Shown here in pieces: positions 39,559 to 53,800 of a stretch of 64,000 nucleotides of DNA. The first letter of the stretch is position 1. Every line of letters begins with the position of its first letter. The DNA is from Enoplolaimus lenunculus (Eukaryota). Made by a program: the position numbers and the translations under genes. The DNA is taken from positions 434,001-498,000 of the forward strand of contig JASANG010002214.1 in NCBI GenBank assembly GCA_030248215.1, written 5' to 3'. Under the pieces are notes generated by a model. It ran no database searches. It saw nothing but the letters and a program-made list of their open reading frames with translations, and was not told the DNA's origin.

Positions 39559-39937
39559 TATTTTAATGTAGTTTTTCCTTCTTGGAACGTAAAACAACTT
39601 ACGTATTATACAGTTCGAGGAAAGGTTGACATTGGATAGAATCAGAGACAAACCAATCCAAATCAAGTCAATTTCAGGTGGCCAACGCAAGTATTTCTAT
39701 TGAATGAAACAGTTGCATAATATCTATTTTTAGAATTGTATGTTTTACGCTCATAGCAATCAGCTTGTGAGTCAGGGTACTTTCCTTAAAGCAACAAGTG
39801 TAAACAATAACGGAAACAGCCATGGGTTTAAAGGAAATGGAAACAGAGACTAATGTCTGATTGTATCATGGGTAGTTGACGGTTTTGAACTTGTTAGTAA
39901 TTTTAGACTCCATCGGTTCATTTGCTATAGAGAAGTT

Positions 39938-40121
39938 GGTCCATGTATAGAACAGGTCTGGAACAGTAGTATAAGCATATTCGTAAGCCTAAAATTAAGC
40001 TTAACCGTTTGGATGAGCCTATTCCTAAGTCTAAGCCTAAACAAAAAATTAGTCTGAAGCTTAAACTGACTCTATTATAGCCCCTCCGGAATACAATCCG
40101 GCCCTGTTCTATAGATGGACC
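39938..40121. mobile_element. TTAGGC MITE family A with perfect 8-bp TSD
   Basis: GAGAAGTT at 39930-39937 and 40122-40129. TIRs GGTCCATGTATAGAACAGG / CCTGTTCTATAGATGGACC. Confidence 0.88.
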
Positions 40122-41896
40122 GAGAAGTTTGCTCGTTTTTGATTACAGTACCAATAACAAGGGCGAATTTTTCAGTTGATTGCAGTTATAAAAGTTTTGA
40201 GCTTTTTACAAATGTGGCTGCAATGTTTTGTGACTGTCGTAGAGTGATATTTATTTAAAATTTAAATATATATTTGACTGTTTTAATCAATAAATTGTTT
40301 TATATAAAAAAATCTCTGCAGTAAATACAGCGTATAAATATAAAGGGTCCGGGTCCTTGTGAAACTTCTGCCGCAGCTGAAAACAATTTCAACGATAAAG
40401 TTTATTTTTCGGCAAACATCTAAGAACTGCGAAATTTCCTTCTGTCAAATTAGCTTGTAAAACGAAACTGGATTACAGCACATCGCCGTGCGAGTCATTT
40501 GCTGTATGTATTGTTTTACAAAAGCACAAGAAATTAGACCATTTAAACGCTATTGTCTGAAAATAAACTAACTTAAACCAAATAATATTTTCTCATTTGA
40601 TTACACAATCCAATTTCAAGCTTTGATTCGAACCCAGGTACTGTCAGATGAGAGAGTTTTACCATGGTCACTTAAGTAAAAGTTTAACGTTCAAGCTCGA
40701 GGAAGTCACGGTAAATATCGTAGCATACAAATATGGGCCAATGTTACTTTTAGGGGCGTAACAGCAGATTAAGCGTATTCCTAAGTCTGAGCCTAAGCTT
40801 CGCAAAAATGTTCCTAAGCCTAGGCAAAAAATGTAATTTAGAATCTGTAAACCTACTCTTTTATAGATGCACCAGAACCCGGAAAGCCCCTTAAAGTAAC
40901 ATAGGCCCAAAATACGCGTAATAAAATTGTTACACACTGTTCGTCATGCTGTAATCAGAGATGAAAACCTGGAGCCGGAGGTCAAAAAACTTTGCCACAG
41001 CCGAAATCGGAGCTGATGGGAAAGTTAAATTGGGTTATCGAAATAATGGCGAACGCGCTCATTTTAACAATAATTGGCAAACTGTTGTCAAGAAATCGAT
41101 TATAAGCTTCGGTTTTAAAAAATCTGTGCAACTATAAAAATTGCCCTAAAAGTTAGAAATCAATTCGCTGCAGGGTGCAACTTTTATAAAAATGTATACG
41201 AAAAATTTCATAACCGAAACTACTGGAATCAACGGTAAAAATTCTACCGATGTGACGGAAGTCGATTTTCTGACTGATCCGAAATCGGAGGCACACCTTC
41301 GGTTGTCAACTCGCTGTGAATCTATTTCGCGTACACAGCTGTGTGGTTAGTTTCTCGTACCAATGGTACTGTATGCCGTAAATGGTTAAAGCACAATAAA
41401 CCAAAATTTCATATCGCCGTCATGCGTTCGTTGTCTTTGTTTTATACGCGTAACTGCACCGAAAACCAGCTCTCTAGAAAATTTAACCAGTTTCACAAAT
41501 TTGGTATCGCGGCAGTGAAATGATGCTTGGTCGATATGATGGCAACGGCACTTCGTAAATTAGTACCACATTATTCCCATGGATTGTCGCCTTGACGTTA
41601 TAATGCCCCGGAACACCACCAGTCCTTGGTTTATCGTACTGATACCGATAGCCCGTGGTTGGTCATTAGATGTAATAACACTCTCGGGGTTTGTTCGATT
41701 TAAAAAGTTTGTTAAATGCAGTTAGGTTGATGTCAATCTGATTCCATTCGTTGCCAACGGTACATTAAAATTCGGTACAAACCACATCGTACGCCTAAAT
41801 TATCCATACTGTGACCAGAAGTATATTAAAAGCATTTGCAGTTGAGCATAATTTTAGTTAGCTTGCCGGTCGTTTTTACATCCAAGTGAACTGTTT

Positions 41897-44800
41897 TTAC
41901 AAGTCTTGTTTGAGTCGATAAGTCACAAGGTCCATTGGCTGAAGATCGCGCGGTACAAACGGTTGTACTGATACTTGAAACTGGTCATATATTCCGGTAA
42001 GCGATGTTTCGTACGCTTCGGCGATTTTCAACAACCGCAATAACACGTTGATAGCGTCCTGAAACGATTAAAAGAATGTTTATCTTTAAGACTTTACGGG
42101 CATCTAGTGAGATTTATAGGACTTTTGATGCTGGAGACTCGAGACGGATCTTATGATATATGAAAACACCAGGATGCAACCGGATGTTAAAAATACCATA
42201 GCCGGAGGTCGACGAAACTTGCTGGAGCCAGAACCGTAGGTGAGCAGAAATTGGTGTAGTAAAGATGACGGTTAATTAGTTTAGCCAATGTCTGCAACAT
42301 GTTGTTATTTGGTTTTACGCTAATTTTCTGAAAAATTTCAGAAATTCTTTTGTGAAAATTGTGACCAAAGTAAAACAAAATACGCCAAATTGCCGGAACC
42401 TCTGACAAAAATTCTACCGGAGCCGGAGGCTGTTTTTCTGCCGGAGCCGGAAGCACATCTCCGGCTGTACCCTGGAAAACACTGTGCGTTAATTCACCTG
42501 CAGTGTTGCCGCAAAGTTGCAACGAACGGCCCAAACACTTGTTAGTGTGTCAGTTTTTCAACGTAAGCACGAAATTAAATGATTGTATAGTTATATATAA
42601 TTGTGAACAACTCTGACCGGACGCTATACTTGCTGTCCAGCGCTGTCGGTCGTTCGTCTGTCACCGTGCGGTATTATCGTACGCGAATGCCATTCTTATT
42701 GTAAGCTAAAATCTAATTTAACATACCAAACTTCCACCCGAGTAATGGTCGAAGAACGCGGTGCCAACTCGGCATGTGGTTCCATGTCGATGTAGACTCA
42801 GTAAAATTGATCCATATTCATGATCGATTCGTCGTAAATTGAGAATATCAATCGTTGATGGTAACGGCAAGAGCGGTGGCATAAATGATGTAATTGTATC
42901 TTGAAACAATTAGTACATATATTATGCTAAATCTTTGCACGTTGCCTAAATGACCAGTTTTATATATAAAAATAGTAATAAGCTGAAATATTTTTAGGCA
43001 GACTGAAGATATAAAATTGATACGGTGTATCAAATTTTTCTGAACGCCGCTAGCCACATGGGGAAGATAGTAAAAAATCTTTCGCGAAACGAAGGTTTCA
43101 TCTGTGGGTGACCCCCCATAGATGCGCCAGTGGTCGTAGTGAAATTGCAAACAACCCGTAAAATAACTCGCGTTCAGCTGTGTTCAACTCAGTCCTCAAT
43201 GCGGTGGATGTTTTAGAAATCACTCCAGTATGGGACTTTTTGCCTACATGTTTTATATAAATAAGGTTCCAACAGGAACTAAATTTTGCCGGAACAGGAA
43301 CAGGAACACGAATTGAATTTTTTTGCGGAAACCGGAACAGGTACAGGAACCGGAATTTCAAACAATTTCATCACCGAATTAATACTGTTGGACTTTTCAG
43401 AAAACTTTGCCAAAAAACGGCTTAAGCAAATTTGGAGGTATTTTACAATCCAATTTTGCAAAAACACAACAGAAACAGTTTATTAAAAAATTGAAGTACT
43501 TGGGAAAACACTCATGTCGAAGTAACAATTTTTTAAAGACAATGTTTCCAATGTTTAAAAGATTAGGCATAATTTGCCACAAAACCGTGACAATTCCGGT
43601 TCCTGGATTTTTAAATGCAGGAACAGGAACAGGAATTGAATTTTTGCAGGAATTCCGGCCAGAACAGGAATTCCTGTTGAACCCTGGATATATATTATAA
43701 TATATATGTATGTATTATATATATATCACACTTCTAGTTTGCTTCACGTAGTGAAGGATCACAGGCGGATTGAGCAAATGTCGCATTTCAACAACAGTTT
43801 GAGGCGAATGATAGACTGCTTTTGATTTACCACTCTGAAACAACCTTTAGCTTTGCTGTTTAAACCACGTAATGAAACAAGTTAAGATCTCTGCCGCCCG
43901 TAAATCCCCATCGCAGCGTTGTTGAATTTTGAATATTTAATTATAAAAATTATAGGCCAATGTGACTTTGAGGGGTGTAACTGTAGTATAAGTATACTCA
44001 AATATGTTAAAATTCACTCATAAGAAATTGAAACTCACACACACAGTGCGTGGATCTCAGAATACTCAGCAACAAAAATAACAAAAAACGAGAGTGAAAA
44101 ATCACCGACCGATATAAATATATCTGTACATGTCAGAGTGTAACCGGATATCTGTTTCCGTTTTCGGTAAAAATCGGTATTCGTTTCCGTTTCGGTTATA
44201 GAAATACCGGAAATTTGTTTATTTTTACGTTCAAAATTAGTTACAAAATTACATAAACTTATCGCAATGTTTTATTACAGATGCGCTGTAATTGTCCGGA
44301 CTGAAACAGAAATTAAAATATTCATCCATCAAACTTTTAGAAAGCCCGTTGACCATTCGCACGTGTTAATTGTGTTAGCAGAAAAATAAAACCTCTTTGA
44401 AATTTATATACACCAAACATCCGTTTTCCGTTTTCGTTATTTCGATCATTTTTCGTTTCCGTTATTTTTACTACCCATTTACACCTTGCTACATGTTAAC
44501 TATGACGATCTGTCCAGTAAGTCTAAGTGTAAACCTACGTGTTCTAGTTTCCAAGTCTTTCGACCCTCTGTCTCTAAACGAGCAGGTCTCTTAAGATGGA
44601 TCAATTATCACTAACCTCACTAGTACCAGCAACGTTTTCAATTATGAGTCTAAAGTCGCTTGTTGTCGGCTTGGTATCTCTAACATCTTCTCCCATTCCT
44701 CGGTTATCGTCTTGAACCAGTGAACGATCCAGCATCACTTCAATGCCACCTGCAATTATATACAAAATTGATTACGGCATATCCGGCAACGCACGCCAAA

Positions 44801-47800
44801 TTGTGTTTCTGGGGACAGGTCAGGTATACTGATTACTGGGGGTCCACCGGAAGATCACAACAACATTTCCGTGATATCGGTTGACAACGGCGTAGCCAAC
44901 GAGTTAGGGTTTAAACGCCGTCGTTGAGTTTTTTATACAATGCTTTTAGTTACATTTTCAGTTGACTACAGTTCACAAGCCCGACAATTTGTACGTATCA
45001 TTAGGCATAGATTTCGGCTTAAGATTGCGCTAAGGCTTGAGCTATTCGTTTATACCCGGTTCAAAACTGGTTCCACCGTGTGGTTGCGCAGTGAGCAATG
45101 ACATGCGACGATTGCGGTCTTCGATATGAATTGACGTTGAAATTGGATAATAGTTGCGCGCTACTGATTTCGATGGATAATAGACTCGTTTCAAAATCTG
45201 AAAGCAAAAGCTGTTCACGTGTCAAACACCGCAGAATTCTGACGCTGTCTAGCTTTAACTGAAAATATTTAAGTATGCCGTTTTAACGCAACCGGTTTCA
45301 TCGTAGTGCTGCTATCTGCCATTTGTTCGGGGTTGGGAGGTTGAGTGGTTTGGAGTGCGAGAACATAATGTCATTGCGTCAAAAAACTCTAAAATATGGC
45401 ACCTGCAAGATAGAACCGTCTACTATATTATTCAATCACCAGTTGAATTTTTTGCCATTTATACACTTGCTAATTAGAAAAAAATCAACCAGTGCTCGGA
45501 AATAATTTCGTTCGACCTCAAGGGGCTCTACTGCTCGAATATCTCTCACGGGTTACTCCAGTATACTTCATTCCTTTCAACTCAGCAATCGTTTATCAAC
45601 GTATGAAAAGGCACGCATACCTGGTAACCCATTGCATCAGTGTAAAATAGGTTGTTTGTTTTAATATTGCTTTTAATTTGTTGAACCAATTCGAAATTTG
45701 AACTATTCGGCGCAAGGACAGTATTGCGTACGAATACCGTTGGTTCACGACCGACATCGGAACCGGTGTCGGAAGTGAAAAGTGTGGCACGATGCCAGAC
45801 GCCAGCAAAACGTGAATGAACCTCGTTAACGATTGGTCCTTGGAATACGTGCACCGAAGATGCCGTTTTAGAAATTGCCTAAAAATATAAACAAAAATAC
45901 TCAAATCAGAGAATACCCACATTATAAATGACTCAAGTAATCGCTAAACTCCAAGTTTCGAGGATATAGCAAATGGGATATGCACGTGCGGAGGCGTCCG
46001 TCGCCGTCCGCTGCCGTCCGTCATCGGACGGTATCGTACGTGCCGCTCTTAAAGGTCACAACAGACGTCCCCGTGCGGTATCGGACGTGCCACCCTTAAG
46101 AGTCATATATCATTAATCAGTTACAGATCAAGTATTTTCTGGTGTTATAAGGCTACATATTGTGTTCCCGAAATTTTAAAATTTTAAACCGCATTTTTTC
46201 AGATTTTTTTGTATATATTTAAATATTGACCAAGTGCGCCGAACGCGCAAAATTTTTGAATTCGCTTCCGCAACCTCGTGCTATTTTTCACCTATTTTGC
46301 TAGAAAAGTAAATGTGAGCTTTAAATGAACACAACAGCGTCGCTGAATTTTTATCAGCGGCAGAGCCAATAGACACATCGCTCATGCCCATCGATATCAG
46401 TCATTGCCATAAATTTTGCAGGTCGTTTGAAACAACTACTGAAGTTATCTTTTGTCGTCAAATTTTTTTGTCTGCCTTCTCTGTTACCAATTATATATTC
46501 TGGCTTCGCTGTTTAAACGTTTGGGTTAACATGGCTGTCTTGTAGACAAATGAAGCCATAACAATAACGTTATACTTGTTTTGCTCGAATAATGTACTAA
46601 AATCACACATTTCCTTCGAAAAATTGTTTGAAACCGTATTTTAATTTTGGATAGCATTTAAATGGTCAGGTATCCATTTTTTACGCGTATAAACCACATA
46701 TGATAGCGTCAAACAGCTTACTTCACTTGAGCCCGTAGTCTTGAAAATGTACGCACCTCCTCCAAATACCGAATGATACGCACCGAAAGACAGTTGACAT
46801 TTGATGTGTTTGCCACTTTGGCGAATTTCCTGAAAATAGAAGCCAATAGTAAAATATTATAAATATTAAAATCACAACGATGTTAGCGGAATCACTACTA
46901 TTACCGAGAGTAACCAAAATTTCGTTTCACGATGGTATACTAGGGTAAAATTTTTTAGATAACTACAATCCGGATGGTTAAAATTCAAACGTAAGTTACC
47001 GTTTTCTCTCTAAAAAGGCATGTCCTTGTATACCGAAGCTAGCGATAAATGAAAGATTGAAACTGTGGTTAAAAAATAAAATACAGTAATTTTAATTGGT
47101 CAAAACAAGAGCTGATGGATGCATACTTCAACAAGAGTATGCAAATGGGCACATTTTGGGTAGAAAAGAATGTACCCGGCACGCGTTGCGTTTTTACCCT
47201 GCCCCCGTTTATTTAGAAGGGGGTACAACAGGTGCGAGCTATGACACCTTATGTATGCGGCGTCATACAAGCTACCCTTATAGTTTAAGAGGTATACATG
47301 TGATTGCGACCCCCCTCTAAACAAGCAGGGTCAGCCAAAAACGCAACGCCCGGTGGTACATTTTGAACTATGCAGAGCACCAAGATTTGCACACTGTTGT
47401 AATTATCCACTCTTGCTATTGTCAATATTGAATTTCATATTGTCTAAAAAGACAGACAATCCACTGTACAGCATATGTATTAGATTGAATGAAAATTTCT
47501 TTTATCATCACCCGAAAATCATTTTTCTGTCTAATTTAAAAAACAATACTGCAGTTGTAATAGCGACATGAGTTCGTCACTGCGTAGAAAACATAAAAAT
47601 AAATAAAACAATCACAACCAGTTAAAGCTTAACCTGAAGGAGGCCTGTGTTTTGATCAAATAATGCTGAAAATTTGGGACCACGTAGGCTAAAGTTGCCA
47701 TTTGGTGCCAGAGATTCGCTCGGTATAAGTCTGAAACATAAAACCAGTCAAAACTATCCGTTTTAATACGGCCTGTAGCCATGAAAACGCCACGGGGAAT

Positions 47801-50800
47801 CAGCCTGCTCAAGCTCGCTTGTAACCAATGCTTGGCCCAAACTCAGAGTGTATAAACTAAACAATACTGGATTTTAACGTATAACCAGAGGTTTGCTTCC
47901 GGCTACGCCTCCGGCAGAAAATCGACCTCCGTCTCCGGCTCCGGTAGAATATTTCTCGGACGTTCTCGTATTTTTAGAAAGGGAAATTTTCCAGATTTAA
48001 ATAAAATGTATCGATCGGTGCGTTTGGCTTTAGCTTTTGGTACAATTTTTTGAGGAGTTAATTGTCGAGATTTCTTAAAAATAAGCCTAAAACCAGAATT
48101 TTTGACATTTTACTATATTTGCTAAAATTTTCAAATTAAACCAATTTCTTAAAAGTAAGCCTAAAACCAGAATTTTTTAAATTTACCTTATTTGCTAAAA
48201 TGTTCAAATTAAACAAACTTCTTAAAAATAAGCCTAAAACCAGAATTTTTGACGTTTTACCATATTTGCTAAAATTTTCAAATTAAACCATTTTCTTAAA
48301 AGTAAGCCTAAACCAAGATTTTTGACATTTACCATATTTGCTAAAATGTTCAAATTAAACCAATTTCTTACAAGTAAGCCTAAAAACCAGGATTTTTGAC
48401 ATTTACCATATTTGCTAAAATATTGAAATTAAACAAACTTCTTAAAAATAAGCCTAAAACCAGAATTTTCGACATTTTACCATATTTGCTAAAATTTTCA
48501 AATTAACCCTAATTTCAGCTCTAATTTCGCTTCACTTTCAGCTCATTCAAATTTTGTTTACGTTCGTTCAGCTCTGTCGTTGGTATTTTTCACTTCCGGT
48601 TGTACCCTACCGGATATAAATTGTGTTAAATTTGATTTTTAATGATTTTAACAACTTTTTATTCGATTCTTTTTAGGAGGCAAGCCTAGAATTTCATTTT
48701 TACCACTGGGACGTCAACTTTTTAACACGTGTTCACAACCGTACCCATTCTAACTTGGCCGATACCAGATCTGGTTGGTTGGATAATACATATGCTGTGC
48801 TAAGATTTTCATATTTGCAAGATCCTAGCATTTCATGATTCCCGTCTGTTTTAGTTTTTTAAGGACGTCACGGCCCGTAGCCAAAGGAACGCCAGCTGAG
48901 CTCAGCCTGTCCCCCCCTGGAAAACTTTTGGCCCTCCTAGAAAAGTTTCAAACTGGCCTGTAAAAATGCTCGCAGACCCTTGTATGCAGCTCTTAAAAAT
49001 TATCCAGCCTTCCCTAGCAAAGTGAGTTGGCTATGGGTGTGAGACGCCGTTTTAGTCATAGGTGTACTGTTAAATAAGCTAAAATATTTTAACCTCTCTA
49101 GCGGTATTTTAGCCTTGTTAGACATTAGTAACTACTAATTGGTATGAAGCAAGTTTGATGGCAAATAAAGCGAAATATTAATAATTTAAGACTGTGCACC
49201 AGGCTAAAACTGTCGTATCAAGAAGCTAAATTACAGCCTGTACTATTGAATTCAACTTATATTGTAAAAAATAAAACCACGACTTACGTTGTGCCCGGAG
49301 CTAAGGGGGAGGGGGCTCAGCCCCCTCTGGAAAAACTTTGGCCCGCCCCTAGAAAATTTTCAACCATGCTTGCAACTCACTGAAAACCCTTGATTGCCCC
49401 TTCTGAAAAACTTTTAGCCCTCATCCCAGCAAGGTGGGTGAGCTGGCTACAGGCCTGACTTACGTTCGTTGCAAAGCAAGTTTATTTGTTTGCCAAGTGA
49501 CGAATTTAGTCGTAGAAACAGTTGTACCAGATGCAATTAAACAAATAGGCAAAATTGAAAGAGGCGGTAGCGATACCATAAATAATACCTGAAACAATTA
49601 TTTGGTGCGCCGATATTACAGCTAAACTTTAATAGTCAACGAATAAGAGTCGAGTATAGCAAAAGTCAATGAGGACTATATGAACAAGAGTATACAACTT
49701 GCGCGCAATCGCAATGGTACTAAATGTATTAGCGCACGTTGCGTTTTTGCTTGACCCCCTCGTTCTCAGAGGGTTGCCTGCCACTTGAGCGCACAGTAAA
49801 AATAGGCGCCTTTGAAAATGCATTCGGAATTATTTCTGTTTCGACAGTAAATAATGGCGCATAGTTCCCTCATCAGTGAGGAGGTTGGCCAAAAACGCAA
49901 CGTATGATGGGTACATTTTTTCTACACAGAAGGTACCCAGTTGTATACTCTTGTCAAACAGGAAGAATTATTCACTTCTGATTATCGTGATTGTGTTGTT
50001 CGGTCGATGTATATAGAAAATGTAAACAAATTTCAAATAGTTCCCTGCCTTTAGTTTTTTGAATTAAAGTAATAATTTTCAAAAACGAAAAATTTTAGGC
50101 TAACGTTCGTTAGGAAAAATTTAACGAATTTATAGACACAATAGTCAGCGTCAGCGGCGTAGCTAGAAATTTATCTTCGAAGGCAACAACGGCTGCTACG
50201 AACGAAGTGCGAACAATGTGTCACAATGGGTGAAGTTATCTTTTACACCAATTTCAGTCCAACGCTTACACATTTCACGCTGGTTTTAAACTATACATCT
50301 CAAAAAGCTAAAAATAGAATAGCGCCACCTCCTCTTAACTATAAAACAGCAAATTTAATCAAAAATATGCCGAAAACAGAAAATAGTTGCAAAAATCCCA
50401 AAGTTTTGCCCTGTGGCATTTAAACTTAAACGTTATGAAACTTCGATTCGAGAGAAATAATTTAAAAATTTTAGAACTTAAAATAATTTAATTTCAAAAA
50501 CTTAAATAATTTAAAAAATTTTAAAAACTAAAATAACTTAAGAATTTTAAAAACTGAACTCCTATTCAGACGTGCAAGTTTGTGCTGCGAGAACTTGCCG
50601 CTGCAAATTAATTGCACGCAGAACTTGCATTTTTTCATCAGCCATTGAGAAAGCGGCTGCAATAAATTAAATGAACTTGCATGCTTATTCCCACATGTGA
50701 ACTAAATTCCTAGCTATGATTTTTAATGATTTATTAGAAGCTGCAAGTTTTTCGAACGGGATTTTGGACAAAACTTGCAAGTACAAGTTGCAGCTGCAAG

Positions 50801-53800
50801 TTCTCGCAGCAATAACTGCCATGTGTGAATTGGGCTTAAAATAATTTAACAACTTTAAAAACTAAAATAATTTAAGTATTTTAAAAAATTAAAATTAATC
50901 TCAATTTAAACTAACTTCAAACAGACCATCTTCGATGTGAGTATTAAAATCGAATGCAGGTTGAATTTGTGCTAATATCACAGATCCGTTGATATGCTCA
51001 ACGCGAACATATGCGTTATTTACCCGTATACGAATGAGCTCTGTAGATCGATACAAAGGCAACGAATTCAGTAGTGTAAAACAGCTGCAAATAATCAATT
51101 TCAATGAATGATGCCGAGTAATATCTTAATCTGTTCATTCGAGATGAAAATTTTGTCATGCAAATAGTTCATCAATAGCTTCTGGTGCTAGCTTTAGGCT
51201 GGCATCATATGCCAAATCAGTATCGCATGGCTTGAATAAGTGTACCACTTATCTCCAGCTAGCGATAGGTTTTCAAACGAGCGAACTGAAACAGATGCAT
51301 GCTTAAATACCAGACGCTGGCTAATTGCAGGTAATGTCTTTTTTGGATCAAAAAATTACAGTCGAGCTGAAAATGTTTCGTTAGAGATATTTTTGAGCAT
51401 AAGCTTCAACCTTTAAAATAGCAAGAACGATGCAAAATTAATTTGCATCGTTCTTCCGATTTTAAAATTAAGGTTGAAACAGTAAATAGTATTAGAATAT
51501 TTCTCGATCAGTAATGAGGACCGAACCGTTGAAAAACTTCAGACTGGTCAGGTCAGCATCACTAATAGAGACGTATTCTAAAACTGCTCAGCCCACGATC
51601 AAAGGTTTTCCTCAAGAATTTTGAACAAGTCCAGGTCCGGTGGTTCAACATCACTCATGGGGCTCAGTAGCTGATACAAAAACGAGGTGGGCACATATTC
51701 TGAGGCGCTATGCGTAATGGTGACAGAAACCTTTCGAGTGAAGCGAGCGAGAAGCAAAATGCAATTTATAATAATTTTAAACGTGGGGAGTAGTAGTATA
51801 TTAGGGACATTATAGACACATCGGATTGCGGATCCGAGAATCCGCAATCCGCTGTGTCTATAATGTCCCTAATATACTACTGTGTGGAACGTTGCGTTTT
51901 TCATAATTCTTTGTTGGAGGGGTCATGGCACCCCGTGACCTTCAGCTGCAACGCCAATCGCTAGCCTGTATTACCGTCTTTCTCCAACGCCAATTGCAAT
52001 AGTTTTGTCTGGATTATGATAATTGTATGGATCATCAGTCTGAAATGAAGTGTCATCTGTATGTTTTTAAACGCTATTTAATAAGCTTGAAACATAAACT
52101 ACTGAAACATTATTCTACTACATGTGCCAGGACGCAGCCAAGGAGATAGTTTTAGGATACAAGTCTCACTTTGAATATTTGCAAAGGGGTTTTTAAACAT
52201 TTTTTCAGTTTAGAACCGAAGGTATCCCCTTCAAAGTGTCATAGAACGTCATCGCTTCCTTTTCAAAATCCTGGCTACGCCCTTCTTATAATGTCTTGTT
52301 TGAATAGGACCCTGTATGAGTCCCCAAAATTTTTTGAAACAGGCTATTTTGCATAATAAAATATGTCATAAAATGCGCTGAATCAATCATATTGCTTCGC
52401 CTCTAGACATGTAAAACCATCCCTGAACAGGCAGCAGGGTACCAACATCGAGACTCTGAGAGGGCATAGAAGCACATGAGAAAAGGCAACACATTGCAAG
52501 CACAACATTTTTGTTAAACGCTTTGCCGACAAAGTTGTCGACAGCATCGGCCGACCATCGTATTAATTCAGGCGTTGTCGCTTAATAAATCAGTGTACGA
52601 GTTTAGCTTCTAGCTTACTGGACTAAGCGAATTTGCTCCGTCAATCAAGTCATTTTCCGTTATGGACTCCGACGTATCGGTCAACACAGCAGTGGAAAAC
52701 GCTAACACCTTCTCTGTGCCAAGTAAAGCTTTTCGTAACCTAAAATAAGCGTAAATTTTAAATTATTTTACCCTATGAACGAGTGCTTCAATAATCGCTG
52801 TCGTGGTTCGAAGGTAACTCTATAGATTTTTAAATAGGGCTTTAAAGATATTTCGGGTTACGTTTTGAACGTATCTTAGGTTGTAAAATTAGGGTATTGG
52901 GTTCAGATTTAGTATCCAATTTTGGAGTTGGTTTCTATGGCAAATCTCACTGTGTTTTATTTCAGACATATTTGTCTTATATTTCAGAATTACTTGTCTT
53001 ATAGTTCAGAAATATTTTTCTTAATCGCTTATAAAACAAAGTCTTAAATTGACGACATGTAGGTGTGAAAATTTTTAGATAAAATATTTCTTAAAAATTT
53101 AAGAAATAAAAGTTTTGAATTCAACACATATATGTCTGTAGTCTGTATCAAGACACAATTGTCGTAAATTTTAGACAATATTTCTTGAATACAAGACAAT
53201 ATATGTTGTGTGTACAGGGCCTTGGCGTAATTTTTGTATCAGTCCTACTTTCATTTGTGAAACATCCACTTACCTTTCACCATAATCAGCCATCACGTCG
53301 CGTTTGCTTGTGCCTGTAATTGCGTCATGGTGCTGAAATAACGCCAAATCCCTCCGAGCAGCGGTGAGTTGAGCAAAGACGTCTGTTACAGCCCCCGCAC
53401 GAACGCTTCGAGTCAGTTTCGGCGACGCGATTGCAAGATTCGAAAATACATCGGCAGCTCTGCAATAGTAAAATGAACCGAAAACGATACGAATAGTAAC
53501 GTTTTCCAAAATGAATATTTTATATTTCATCTGAGAGAAGTTAATTATAAGCCACATTCGAACGCCAGGTCCGTAGAAAATTATATTTCGGGGGCACCGA
53601 GTATTTTTGGTACCCTACAATTGCAAAGAAAGATTGTTTACTTGTGGATCAAATTTATTTTGGGAGCACCAGCCGAATTTTGGAGAGGGCATGTCCCCCA
53701 AGGTCCCCTTCGTGGGAATACTCTTGGATACAGATTAAAATAAACAAAGTTTTAAGCTGTATTAACCCTTTCTCACATGAATATTTTCAATTTCATATGA

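Noticed and set aside
40622..40675. tRNA-like B box (GGTTCGAATC on the minus strand)
   Set aside because: No cloverleaf or acceptor stem can be formed. At most a decayed SINE or tRNA fragment.
48745..48825. Possible extra mannosidase exon (SCKYENLSTAYVLSNQPDLVSAK)
   Set aside because: Phase is incompatible with the strong donor at 49464, and exons 49464-49588 and 47634-47730 already join in frame with the expected spacing.
49835..49885. CTGATGAG...CGAAAC on the minus strand resembling a hammerhead core
   Set aside because: Stems II and III do not pair convincingly and there is no suitable NUH cleavage triplet. It lies within a MITE copy.
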